Made by a program: the position numbers and the translations under genes
Assembly: GCA_963707025.1 (NCBI GenBank)
Contig: CAVPOM010000004.1
Location: 640,001-704,000, forward strand
Length of the DNA: 64,000 bases
Direction: 5' to 3'
Source: an uncultured Verrucomicrobiae bacterium
GTDB taxonomy: Bacteria; Verrucomicrobiota; Verrucomicrobiia; Limisphaerales; Palsa-1400
Notes under the pieces: model-generated
Database searches by the model: none
Told to the model about the DNA's origin: nothing
The model's input: only the letters and a program-made list of their open reading frames with translations
Shown: one piece after another, positions 10,421 through 19,289 of the stretch
How the letters are laid out: every line of letters starts with the position of its first letter
How positions within the stretch are numbered: position 1 is the stretch's first letter

Positions 10421-10433
10421 TATCAACCACTTG
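10421..10433 (+). promoter_or_regulatory. IHF consensus-like site
   Basis: TATCAACCACTTG matches WATCAANNNNTTR exactly; a related inverted copy sits at 10299-10311. Confidence 0.45.
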
Positions 10434-10577
10434 AGATGCTACAAAACGCGCGCGTGCGGCGCGATTTCAACATTTCACAGTCAGATTGTAGCTTGGAAGA
10501 TTTCGTCTGGCAAACAACAATTCGTCAAACTGTTCTCTTGTCACTATTCAGCACGCTGGGTTCATTATTCTTTCCAG

Positions 10578-11990
10578 CTATTCTTGCCAGCCGCCGCCCA
10601 GGGCCTTGATCAGGCGGATGGTGGCGGCGAAGCGGCGGCCGGTCAATTCGGCGGTTTGGCGTTCTTGTTGAAGTTGGGCGCGGCGGGCAGCCAGGACCTC
10701 AAATTGGGCGACACTGCCGGCGTCGTAACGGGCCTGGGTCAGTTCGGTGACGCGCCGGGCGGCCGCCAGGGCGTCGGCCAGGGCGCCGGCCTGCGCGGTC
10801 CAGAAGGTGATTTGGGCGAGGCTGTCTTCCACTTCCTTGAACGCGGTCAGGGCGGCTTGTTGATAGTTGGCCAGGCTCTCCTCATAGGCGGCCCGGGCTT
10901 GCCGGACTTGGGCGGCGGTGCGTCCGGCGGTAAAGAGGGGCAGGCTGGCGCCGGGGCCGAAGGAGAAGGCCAGGCTGTCCAGGTTGAAGAGGTTGCCGGC
11001 CTGGCCGCTGAGGTAGCCGGCCTGGCCTGTCAAGCGCACAACAGGAAACCAGGCGGCGCGGGCCGCGCCGATCTGGGCGCTTTTGGCGGCCAGGGTGCGT
11101 TCGGCGGCGGCGATGTCGGGGCGGCGTTCGAGAACGGAGGAGGGGAGGCCGGCCGGGACGGGCGGCGGCGCAGCGGCGGGCGGAAAATCTGTCAAGGTGA
11201 AGGAACTGGGGGCCTGGCCGCAGAGCAGGGCCAGGGCATCCAGGGTTTCGGCGCGCTGGCGGCGGAGATCGGCCAGGTCGGAGCGGGCGGCGGCCAGATC
11301 GCCCCTGGCCTGGGCGGCGTCAACCTCCGGGATGCTGCCGGCCTCGTAACGGGCCTGCAAAATGCGGACGGAGTCCTCGCGCAGTTGGATGTCGGCGGCG
11401 GCGGCGGCGAGCTGGCGGTCGAGGGAGCGGAGCAGGAAATAATTGACAGCGATGTCGGCGGTCAGGGTGAGGAGGATATTTTGGGTGTCGGCGACGGAGG
11501 CCTGGGCCTGGGCGCCGGCGGATTGGAAGGAGCGGCGGACCCGGCCCCAGAGGTCAACTTCATAGCTCAGGTCGAGGGGGACATTGTAGGTGTTCAGGTA
11601 AATGGGTTTCAACTGGAAAGGGATGTTGAAGGGGATGGGTTGGTTGCCGGAAGTGCGCTGGCGGCTGAAGGAGGGGTCGAGGGAAAGTTCGGGGAAGAAC
11701 TGGCTGCGGGTCAGGCGTGCGGCGGCGCGGGCCTGGTCCACGCGGGCCACGGCGGCGCGCAGGTTTTGGTTGCGGGCGATGGCGTTGGTTTCCAGGCCGG
11801 CGAGGACGGGGTCGTGGAACACATTCCACCAATCGCCCTTGGGGGCGGCGTCGCCCGGTTCGGCCGGTTTCCAATGCCAGTCGGCGGGAGCGAATTGGGC
11901 GGGGACGGGCGGCTGGTAATTTGGGCCGACGGTGCAGGAGGCGGTGACCAGAAAAAGGAGGCACGCGCTGGGAAGGGCCGGTGTTTTCAT
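10578..11990 (-). CDS. Outer-membrane efflux lipoprotein (NodT/OprM/TolC family)
   Basis: Lipobox VTASC followed by TVGPNY; WWNVFHDPVL, SYEVDLWGR, LERRPDI, LIKALGGGW. Start set at ATG 11990. Confidence 0.93.
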   Translation of the reverse strand: MKTPALPSACLLFLVTASCTVGPNYQPPVPAQFAPADWHWKPAEPGDAAPKGDWWNVFHDPVLAGLETNAIARNQNLRAAVARVDQARAAARLTRSQFFPELSLDPSFSRQRTSGNQPIPFNIPFQLKPIYLNTYNVPLDLSYEVDLWGRVRRSFQSAGAQAQASVADTQNILLTLTADIAVNYFLLRSLDRQLAAAAADIQLREDSVRILQARYEAGSIPEVDAAQARGDLAAARSDLADLRRQRAETLDALALLCGQAPSSFTLTDFPPAAAPPPVPAGLPSSVLERRPDIAAAERTLAAKSAQIGAARAAWFPVVRLTGQAGYLSGQAGNLFNLDSLAFSFGPGASLPLFTAGRTAAQVRQARAAYEESLANYQQAALTAFKEVEDSLAQITFWTAQAGALADALAAARRVTELTQARYDAGSVAQFEVLAARRAQLQQERQTAELTGRRFAATIRLIKALGGGWQE

Positions 11991-11994
11991 AGAT

Positions 11995-13137
11995 TTAATC
12001 GAGGGTTTGACGGTAGCGTTTGAGGCCGATGGCCAGGACGACGGCGGTGAAAAGGGCAATGGGCCAGAGTTGCGGGGCGATCTCGGCCAGGCCGTTGCCT
12101 TTGAGGAGGATGCCGCGAACGACGCGCAGGAAATGGGTGAGGGGCAGGATTTCGCCCACGGCCTGAGCCCAATGGGGCATGCCGCGGAAGGGAAACATGA
12201 AGCCGGACAGGAGGATGGAGGGGAGAAAGAAGAACATGCCCATTTGCATGGCCTGCCGCTGGTTTTGGGCGATGGTGGAAAAGGTGATGCCCATGGAAAG
12301 ATTGGCGGCGATGAAAAGCAGGGCGGCGGCCAGGAGCAGGAAGAGGCTGCCGATGACCGGCACGTGGAAAAGGAAGCGGGCGGCGGCGAGCAGGAGGGCA
12401 ATTTGAATGTAGCCGACCAGGATGTAGGGAATGATTTTGCCAATCATTACTTCGAAGGGCCGGGTGGGCATGGAGAGCAGGTTTTCCATCGTGCCCGATT
12501 CGCGTTCGCGGGTGATGGCCAGGGCGGTGATCATGACCATGGTCATGGTCAGGACGACGCCGAGCAGGCCGGGAACGATGTTGTGCTGGGTGAGGCCCTC
12601 CGGGTTGTAAAGGGCGTGGACGCGCAAGGCGGCCGGGCCGCTGGCAGGGGCGAGGTAGGAGAGGGGACCCTTGAGGTCATTTTGCAGGGCGTTGTCCAGA
12701 AAAGCGGGCAGGGCGCCCAGGGCGTTGCCGGTGGCGGCGGGATCGGTGGCGTCGGCCTCGATGAGAATGGCGGGCCGGTCCCCGCGCAAAACATCGCGGT
12801 TGAAGTTTTGCGGGATATTGACGACGAACTGAACCTGGCCGCGGGCGAGAAGGTCGCGGCCCTGGGCTTCGGTTTTTACCTGGCGGACGAAGTCGAAGTA
12901 GGCGGTGTTCTGGATGGCGCTGAGCAGGGTGCGCTGGAACGGGCCCTCGTCGGCGAGGAGCAGGGCCGCGGGCAGGTGTTTGGGGTCGGAATTGATGGCG
13001 AAACCGAAAAGAATGAGTTGCAGGATGGGGATGCCGACCATCATGCCGAAGGTGAGGCGGTCCCGGCGCATCTGAATGAATTCCTTCAGGACCATGGCCT
13101 GGAAACGCGCCCAGGAGAATTGAGGACGGGTTTTCAT
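11995..13137 (-). CDS. ABC-2 type permease (YbhR/YbhS-like)
   Basis: KEFIQMRRDR, LFGFAIN, ITRERESGTMENLL, LSGFMFP. Start at ATG 13137. Confidence 0.92.
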   Translation of the reverse strand: MKTRPQFSWARFQAMVLKEFIQMRRDRLTFGMMVGIPILQLILFGFAINSDPKHLPAALLLADEGPFQRTLLSAIQNTAYFDFVRQVKTEAQGRDLLARGQVQFVVNIPQNFNRDVLRGDRPAILIEADATDPAATGNALGALPAFLDNALQNDLKGPLSYLAPASGPAALRVHALYNPEGLTQHNIVPGLLGVVLTMTMVMITALAITRERESGTMENLLSMPTRPFEVMIGKIIPYILVGYIQIALLLAAARFLFHVPVIGSLFLLLAAALLFIAANLSMGITFSTIAQNQRQAMQMGMFFFLPSILLSGFMFPFRGMPHWAQAVGEILPLTHFLRVVRGILLKGNGLAEIAPQLWPIALFTAVVLAIGLKRYRQTLD

Positions 13138-14060
13138 GGCGGGAAATTGGCGGGGGCCTGATCCATGAGGTGAATGAAAACATCCTCCAGGCTGGGCTGG
13201 ACTTGACTCCATTGCAGTGGCGGGGCGCGGAAGGGGGCGATGGCTTGTTGCAGGGCGGCGGGGTCGTCGCCGCTGACGTGGAGGACGGCGCCGAAGGCGG
13301 AGGCTTCTGTGACGCCGGGGCGCAGGCGGAGTTGGGCGGCGAGGCTGGTCAAATCCGGCCCTGCGACCGACCAGGTGACCAGGCGGGACAGGGCGATGAC
13401 TTGGGCGGCGGCGCCGTGGGTCAGGAGTTTGCCGCCGGCGATGAAGGCCAGGCGATGGCAGCGCTCGGCTTCGTCCATATAATGGGTGGCGATGAGAAAG
13501 GTCAGACCGCCGGCGGCGAGTTGATGGATTTGCTCCCAGAAATCGCGCCGGGCCTTGGGATCCACGCCGGCGGTGGGTTCGTCGAGCAACAGCAGTTTGG
13601 GGCGGTGCAGGACGCAGGCGGCCAGGGCCAGGCGCTGTTTCCAGCCGCCGGAAAGCTGGCCGGCCAGTTGATCTTTGCTCCGGGCCAGGCCGAGGCGGCC
13701 AATGCTTTCGCGCACGGCCTGGCGGCGATTGTTGACAGCATACATGCGCGCCACGAAGTCGAGGTTCTCTTCGACGGTCAAGTCCTCGTAAAAGCTGAAG
13801 CGCTGGGTCATGTATCCGACCTGCCGCTTGACGGCTTCGCTGTCGGTGATGACGTTGTGGCCGAGGCAAAAGCCCGCGCCCTCGTCCGGCCGCAGCAGGC
13901 CGCAGAGCATGCGGATGAAGGTGGTTTTGCCGCTGCCGTTGGGCCCGAGAAAGCCGCAGATTTCGCCGGCGCGGACCTGAAGATCAATGTGATCCACGGC
14001 GGTGAGCGGGCCGAAGCGCTTGGTCATGCCGCGGACATCAATGGAGAAATCTTCGGGCAT
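13134..14060 (-). CDS. ABC transporter ATP-binding protein
   Basis: GPNGSGKT, LSGGWKQRL, LLLLDEPT. Confidence 0.95.
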   Translation of the reverse strand: MPEDFSIDVRGMTKRFGPLTAVDHIDLQVRAGEICGFLGPNGSGKTTFIRMLCGLLRPDEGAGFCLGHNVITDSEAVKRQVGYMTQRFSFYEDLTVEENLDFVARMYAVNNRRQAVRESIGRLGLARSKDQLAGQLSGGWKQRLALAACVLHRPKLLLLDEPTAGVDPKARRDFWEQIHQLAAGGLTFLIATHYMDEAERCHRLAFIAGGKLLTHGAAAQVIALSRLVTWSVAGPDLTSLAAQLRLRPGVTEASAFGAVLHVSGDDPAALQQAIAPFRAPPLQWSQVQPSLEDVFIHLMDQAPANFPP

Positions 14061-14062
14061 GG

Positions 14063-15040
14063 TCAGGGGCCGAACAGCACGTCCACGGGCTGGCCGGGAT
14101 GAAGATGGGCGGCGGCGGCGGCGTCAAAAACCGTCTCCACCATGAAGACCAGTTTGCCGCGGCTTTCCTGGCTGTAGATGACGGGGGGAGTGTATTCGGC
14201 CTGGGGCGAAATGAAGGAGACTTTGCCGGCCAGCGCCTGCGCCAGGCCGTCCAGGGTGACGCGGACCGGATCGCCGGGATGAATGGCCCCGACGCGGGCT
14301 TCCGCCACGAAGGCGCGGACTTTGACGTTTTCCGGCGGGAGCAGCGCGACCACCGGCAGGCCGGCGGCGACCCATTCGCCCGGACGATAGAGCGTGTCAA
14401 AAACAAGGCCGGCCGCGGGCGCGCTTTGACTTTTTTGCGACAAGTCCCAGTCGGCCCGGTCCAGGGCGGCTTGCAGGGCGCGGACGGCGGCGGCGGCGGC
14501 GGCGATTTGGTCTTCGCGGGAACCGGTTTGCGCGGTCTTTAAATCCGCTTCCAGTTGGGCGGCGCGCTGGCGGTCCTGGTCCCGGGTGGAACGGGCGCGG
14601 TCCAGGTCCTGCCGGGCGGAGCTTCCGGGAATGGCGTCGAGTTTTTCCTGGCGGTCCAGTTCCTGGTTTGCCAGGAGGAGGGCGGCTTGGGCCTGGTCGA
14701 GTTGGGCCTGGGCGGATTGGATTTCGGAAGGGCGTTTGCCCTTTTTCAAGTCGTCCAGCGTGGCGCGGCCCTGGGCCAATAGTTCGGCGGCCTGGTCGCG
14801 CGCCGCTTTCTCCGGGACATTGTCCAGGGCGAAGAGAGGATCGCCGGCCCTGACCTGGACGCCGCGCTGGACGGGGAGGGCCTGGAGCGTTCCGGCCACG
14901 GGGGAGGAGACATAAACAAATTCGCCCTCGACATAACCCTGCACGGCGGGGGCGGGCGGCCCGCCGCAAGCGGCCAGCAGGCCGCAGGCGGCGAGCAGCG
15001 GGAGCAGTTGGCGAAGGGGGGGTGAAGGTGAAGCAATCAT
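14063..15040 (-). CDS. HlyD-family membrane fusion protein (YbhG-like)
   Basis: Lipoprotein-like signal LAAC, QGYVEGE, coiled coil, ISPQAEYTPP. Confidence 0.92.
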   Translation of the reverse strand: MIASPSPPLRQLLPLLAACGLLAACGGPPAPAVQGYVEGEFVYVSSPVAGTLQALPVQRGVQVRAGDPLFALDNVPEKAARDQAAELLAQGRATLDDLKKGKRPSEIQSAQAQLDQAQAALLLANQELDRQEKLDAIPGSSARQDLDRARSTRDQDRQRAAQLEADLKTAQTGSREDQIAAAAAAVRALQAALDRADWDLSQKSQSAPAAGLVFDTLYRPGEWVAAGLPVVALLPPENVKVRAFVAEARVGAIHPGDPVRVTLDGLAQALAGKVSFISPQAEYTPPVIYSQESRGKLVFMVETVFDAAAAAHLHPGQPVDVLFGP

Positions 15041-15666
15041 AAGTGTGATTTTCCTTTCCTGACGACTACGCCGTGGAGGACTACCTTGAGGATGGCGGAA
15101 AAGGCGGTTTTCGGAGTGAGGCCAAGTTCGGCCATTTTGGGCGGATTGATGACGGCCTGGACCGCGCCGAGCAGAATTTCGATCATGAGAACGGCGGAGA
15201 TGTCGTGGCGGATGAGGCCGGCCTTGCGCCCCTCGGCAAAGAGCTTGCCGAGGTGGCGTTGAATGATGTCGCGGCGCCGGGTCTCGACCAATTGGAACAG
15301 TTCCGGCGCCGCCCGGCGGAGGTCGCGGACAAAGTGCGGCTGGATTTCGTCCGTATGCCGTTGCACCAGGGCCAGAAGTAGCCGGAGGGCGGCGCCAACG
15401 TCGGCGGAAGAGCGGGCGGTGACGCGGGCGAGGTCAGCGTCCACGTCGGCAAATTTGTGCAGGAGGACGGATTTGAGGAGGTCGTTCTTGCTGGGGAAAT
15501 GGGCGTAGAGCGTTTTCTTGCTCATGCCCAGCTCGGCGGCCAGGTCGTCCATGGTGACGTGACGGAAGCCGTTGGCCAGGAAATGGCGGCGCGCGCCGGC
15601 GATGATGCGCTGCCGGGCGGCGCGGACGGCGGGCCGGGGCGGGACGGTTTTCAACTGGCGTCTCAT
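15037..15666 (-). CDS. TetR/AcrR-family regulator
   Basis: GFRHVTMDDLAAELGMSKKTLYAHFPSK HTH; first gene of the efflux operon. Confidence 0.93.
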   Translation of the reverse strand: MRRQLKTVPPRPAVRAARQRIIAGARRHFLANGFRHVTMDDLAAELGMSKKTLYAHFPSKNDLLKSVLLHKFADVDADLARVTARSSADVGAALRLLLALVQRHTDEIQPHFVRDLRRAAPELFQLVETRRRDIIQRHLGKLFAEGRKAGLIRHDISAVLMIEILLGAVQAVINPPKMAELGLTPKTAFSAILKVVLHGVVVRKGKSHL

Positions 15667-15690
15667 ATCCGGTTTCAGAGCGATAAACGC

Positions 15691-15731
15691 TGGAAACTAT
15701 TCCAGTATCCCTGGTTTCCACAATTTGTCAA
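15691..15731 (-). promoter_or_regulatory. Sigma70-type promoter with overlapping palindromic operator for the tetR operon
   Basis: Minus strand TTGACA (15731-15726)-N16-GATACT; inverted repeat TGGAAAC-N16-GTTTCCA at 15691-15720. Confidence 0.65.
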
Positions 15732-15770
15732 GTCCGAAGACAGGGCGGCAGAGGCCTTCCCCCCTGGCCG

Positions 15771-15830
15771 GAACTGAAATTAACTGAAATCAGGTGAAAA
15801 CAAGCGAAATCAGGCGAAATTAACTGAAAA
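15771..15830. repeat. Six tandem degenerate 10-mers
   Basis: GAACTGAAAT TAACTGAAAT CAGGTGAAAA CAAGCGAAAT CAGGCGAAAT TAACTGAAAA. Confidence 0.85.
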
Positions 15831-16080
15831 TAATGGGACGCACCGGACGGTTGGGGCGGACGGGGCCGCCTGGGCGGAGGCGGGCCAACACGGTCGCGCG
15901 CCTGCGGCCCGGCCACCCAGGGCGCCGGGCGGCCGATGGGTTTGAACCCTCCGCCACGGCTCCCGCCTGCTGCGCCTTCTTCCATACTGAGGGCATAGTA
16001 GTGGTTAAATGCCATAGTGTCAATGGAAATGTTGGAGATTTTTAGCGCGGTTTCACAAATACTGCAGCCGCATTACGCGC

Positions 16081-16178
16081 CAGGGCGGGTCCCGAATTAT
16101 CGGGACCCGCTGCGGCGCGCACGGAGTGCGCGCCCTACCATCGTCATTTAGGGCTGCACAACTTCTTAAACCGCCCTG
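16081..16178. repeat. Composite REP-like element (two hairpins)
   Basis: 16081-16110 is identical to 35559-35588; 16112-16178 is the reverse complement of 59834-59900 with 4 mismatches. Confidence 0.85.
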
Positions 16179-16289
16179 GCCGGCTGGATTTCGGGGCGGC
16201 GGCAGGTGAGGACGGGGACGAACAGCGGGGCGGACCGGGGCAGGTTCGCCGGCCCGCTGCGCCGCTTGCGGCCGGGGCGGTTTTTCGGG

Positions 16290-16652
16290 TCATTTTCCCG
16301 GCTGGCCGGCCAGGGTGTTTTTCTGCTGCTGCAAGGCCTGGAGGGTGTCTGTATCGGCGGGTGGGATGACCTGGAGGAGTTGGTCAATGACGGCCATCTG
16401 CTGATTGAGCAGGGCGGGAGCGGCCGGCGTCCCTTGGGGAAGTGGCGGTTGAGGCGCGGGCGGAACGACGGCCTCCGGAGCAGGCGCGGGCGGGGGCGGG
16501 GATTTTTTGAAGGCGAGGCATGCCCCCGCGCCTCCCGTGAGGAGAAGGGCCAGGAGGATGATTGGAAAAAGGAGGGACGGCCGCGCCGGCTCTGGCGCGC
16601 GTCCGGCCCGGCCTGGTCCCGCCTTGGGAAGGTCTCCATTCATTCTTGGCAA
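16290..16652 (-). CDS. Hypothetical small membrane-anchored Pro-rich protein
   Basis: One hydrophobic segment (LLFPIILLALLLTGG), a Pro-rich linker and a short helical C-terminus; co-oriented downstream of the PSD1 gene. Confidence 0.5.
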   Translation of the reverse strand: MPRMNGDLPKAGPGRAGRAPEPARPSLLFPIILLALLLTGGAGACLAFKKSPPPPAPAPEAVVPPAPQPPLPQGTPAAPALLNQQMAVIDQLLQVIPPADTDTLQALQQQKNTLAGQPGK

Positions 16653-16688
16653 CGGACTTGGTGAATTGAACCCGGCATGCGGGGAAAG

Positions 16689-19172
16689 TCAATTGAGGAA
16701 CAGGACTTCGTTGGTCTGGAGGAGGGCGTGGGCGTATTTGGCCCAGGTGCCGATGGCCCGCAACTGGTTGGGGCCCAGGCTGACCAGGGACATGCTGCGC
16801 CGCCCGCCGGCGCGGCCGCCGACGGGCCGGGCGGTGGCGCCGCGGTCGGCGCGGAGACGCTGGCGCGCCTCCTCGGTGATCAATTCCGCCGGAGGCGAGT
16901 CGTCCACAAATTCCACGCCCAGCTTGATTTCCATGTCCGTCGGGGGCCGCTGCAAAATGCGGTCGTAGAGGAAGCGGATGCGGGCCTCGGGGCCGGACAG
17001 GGCGAGGAACTCAGGCAGGTTGACCAGCTTGCGGGCCAGTTCCACGACCAGGGGACTGTTCATCATGAACAGGGCCTGCTGCGGCACGGTGGTCTGGTAG
17101 CGTTTGCCCATGGTGATGTCAGGGTTGGCAAAATCGAATTGACTGTACACTTCCGGCAGATTGCGGCGGTCCACCAAACCATAGAGGGTGCGGCGATGGG
17201 AGAAGCCGCCCTGGCCCTGTTGCAGCGGCACGGGCGGGCCGCCAAGGGTCAAATCCAACTGCCCGCCCAGGGCGAGGACGGAATCGCGCACGGCCTCAAA
17301 TTCCAGGCGGTGGATGTTGGCGCGCCACAAGAGCCGGTTCTGCGGGTCCACTTCGGCGTAACGCGGATTGTTCTGGCTGCTTTGCTGGTAAACGCTGGAA
17401 AGCATGATGAGGCGGTGGAGTTTTTTGATGGACCAGCCGTCTTGCATGAAGCGGGCCGCCAGCCAGTCCAGCAGTTCGGGATGGCTGGGCGGGTCGGACT
17501 GGTTGCCGAAATCGTCCGGGGTGGTGACGATGCCTTCGCCGAAATGGTGCATCCAGACCCGGTTGACCAGGACGCGGGCGGTGAGGGGATTGGCCGGATT
17601 GACGATGGCCTGGGCCAGTTGGAGGCGGCCGCTGCCGAAGCGGAAGAGCGGGGGATTGGGGCCGGCGATGACGGAGAGGAAATGGCGCGGCACCAGGTCG
17701 CCCTTGTTGCCGGCCTCGCCGCGGATGAAGAGGGGTGAATCGTGGGGCTTGAGGATGTCGCGCAAAACGGTGGCGCGGGGCGGAGAGCCGGGATCGTTGG
17801 CCTCAAGGTAGGCGACGGCGCGGCGGGCCTGATTGATTTGTTGCTGGAGTTGTTTGCGCGTGTCGGCGTTGGAGCCAGCTCCGCCGCCGCGGGCCAGGCT
17901 GCGCAGTTTGAACTGGGCCTGGGCCAGGATTTGGTTGGTGGCGTTGAACTTGGCCGCGAAATTGGCGTAGGCCGGGGTCATCTTGATTTCCCCCAAAAGC
18001 GGCTCCTCGGCCGGTTCAGCCGAGCTGTCAAATATGCCTTTCAAGGAATAGTAATCCTTTTGCGGAATGGGGTCGAATTTATGGTCGTGGCAGCGGGCGC
18101 AGGTGACGGTCAGGCCGAGCATGCCTTTGCAGACCACGTCAATCCGGTCGTTGATGATGTCGTTGATGTTATCATTGAAACGGGGTCCGAGGGTGAGGAA
18201 GCCCAGGGCGGCCAGTTCCTGGTGGTCCTTGGTTTGGGGAAGCTGATCGCCGGCGATTTGTTCGCGGATGAATTGGTTGTAGGGCTTGTCTTCGTTGAAG
18301 GAGCGCACCACGTAATCGCGATAAGTCCAGGCGAAGGGATATTGCGGGGTATCCTGATTGGCTTTGATGTCGCCCTTGGTGTCGGCGTAGCGGGCGGTGT
18401 CGAGCCAGAACCGGCCCCAGCATTCCCCGTATTGCGGCGAGGCCAGGAGGCGGTCCACCACCTTGGCGAAGGCGGCGGGGGAGGGGTCGTTGGCGAAGTC
18501 CAGCGCTTCCTCCGGGGTGGGCGGCAGTCCTGTCAAGTCGAAAGTAGCGCGGCGCAGCAAGGCCTGCTTGTCCGCGGGCGGGGCCGGCTTGAGGTGGCTG
18601 GCCTCCAGTTTGGCCAGAATGAAGGCGTCCACCGGCGTGGCCACCCAGGCGGCGTCGGCCACTTCCGGGGGCTGGACTTTTTGCAGGGGCTGAAAGGACC
18701 AGTGTTCGCGCCGGTTTTTGCCCCAGTCCGCCGCGGCCAGGGTGGCGCCGGCCACGCGCGGGTCGGGCGCGCCCATTTTGACCCAGGCTTCCAGGTCGGC
18801 GATCTGCTGGTCGGGAAGTTTCTGGTCCTTGGGCGGCATTTGCAGGTCCGGGTCGGTGTAGCGGACGGCTTTGATGAGCAGGCTGTTGTCCGGATCGCCG
18901 GGGAGGATGGCCGGCCCGGTCTCGCCGCCTTTGAGGAGGCTTTCGCGGAATTCGACGGAGAGATTGGCCTTGAGTTTTTCGGCCTGGCGGCTGTGGCATT
19001 TGTAACAATTATTGACAAAGACGGGGCGGATTTTGTTTTCGAAGAACTGGAGTTGGGCCGGAGTGGGGTCCGCCGCCCAGGCGGGCAGGGGACTCAAGAG
19101 GAGCAGGCCCCAATGCAGGGCGCGGCGGAGGATTGGCAGCCCTGGATTGGCGCACGGAGCTAGAGGGCACAT
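16689..19172 (-). CDS. Planctomycete cytochrome c / DUF1549 (PSCyt2) / DUF1553 (PSD1) protein
   Basis: FFENKIRP..NNCYKCH, HWSFQP, LLRRATFDLTGLPPT, CARCHDHKFDP, NPLTARVLVNRVW, PSHPELLDWLA, TTVPQQAL. Start uncertain (19172 or up to 19289). Confidence 0.92.
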   Translation of the reverse strand: MCPLAPCANPGLPILRRALHWGLLLLSPLPAWAADPTPAQLQFFENKIRPVFVNNCYKCHSRQAEKLKANLSVEFRESLLKGGETGPAILPGDPDNSLLIKAVRYTDPDLQMPPKDQKLPDQQIADLEAWVKMGAPDPRVAGATLAAADWGKNRREHWSFQPLQKVQPPEVADAAWVATPVDAFILAKLEASHLKPAPPADKQALLRRATFDLTGLPPTPEEALDFANDPSPAAFAKVVDRLLASPQYGECWGRFWLDTARYADTKGDIKANQDTPQYPFAWTYRDYVVRSFNEDKPYNQFIREQIAGDQLPQTKDHQELAALGFLTLGPRFNDNINDIINDRIDVVCKGMLGLTVTCARCHDHKFDPIPQKDYYSLKGIFDSSAEPAEEPLLGEIKMTPAYANFAAKFNATNQILAQAQFKLRSLARGGGAGSNADTRKQLQQQINQARRAVAYLEANDPGSPPRATVLRDILKPHDSPLFIRGEAGNKGDLVPRHFLSVIAGPNPPLFRFGSGRLQLAQAIVNPANPLTARVLVNRVWMHHFGEGIVTTPDDFGNQSDPPSHPELLDWLAARFMQDGWSIKKLHRLIMLSSVYQQSSQNNPRYAEVDPQNRLLWRANIHRLEFEAVRDSVLALGGQLDLTLGGPPVPLQQGQGGFSHRRTLYGLVDRRNLPEVYSQFDFANPDITMGKRYQTTVPQQALFMMNSPLVVELARKLVNLPEFLALSGPEARIRFLYDRILQRPPTDMEIKLGVEFVDDSPPAELITEEARQRLRADRGATARPVGGRAGGRRSMSLVSLGPNQLRAIGTWAKYAHALLQTNEVLFLN

Positions 19173-19289
19173 CTTGACACTGGCGCCTTTGGATGGGAGA
19201 AACCTCTCACCCTGGCCCTCTCCCCACTTTGTGGGGCGAGGGAATTGGCCCTTCGCATGGGGGCGGTGTCGAGAGGCGGACGGACTCAT

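Noticed and set aside
10395..12023. Long plus-strand ORFs (542 aa here; similar ones at 11932, 19245, 37874, 42177, 53600, 59890)
   Set aside because: Antisense shadows of well-supported GC-rich genes, with no recognisable motifs.
15771..15830. Possible CRISPR array or iterons
   Set aside because: Units are 10 bp with no spacers, and there are no cas or rep genes; no CRISPR array was seen anywhere in the window.
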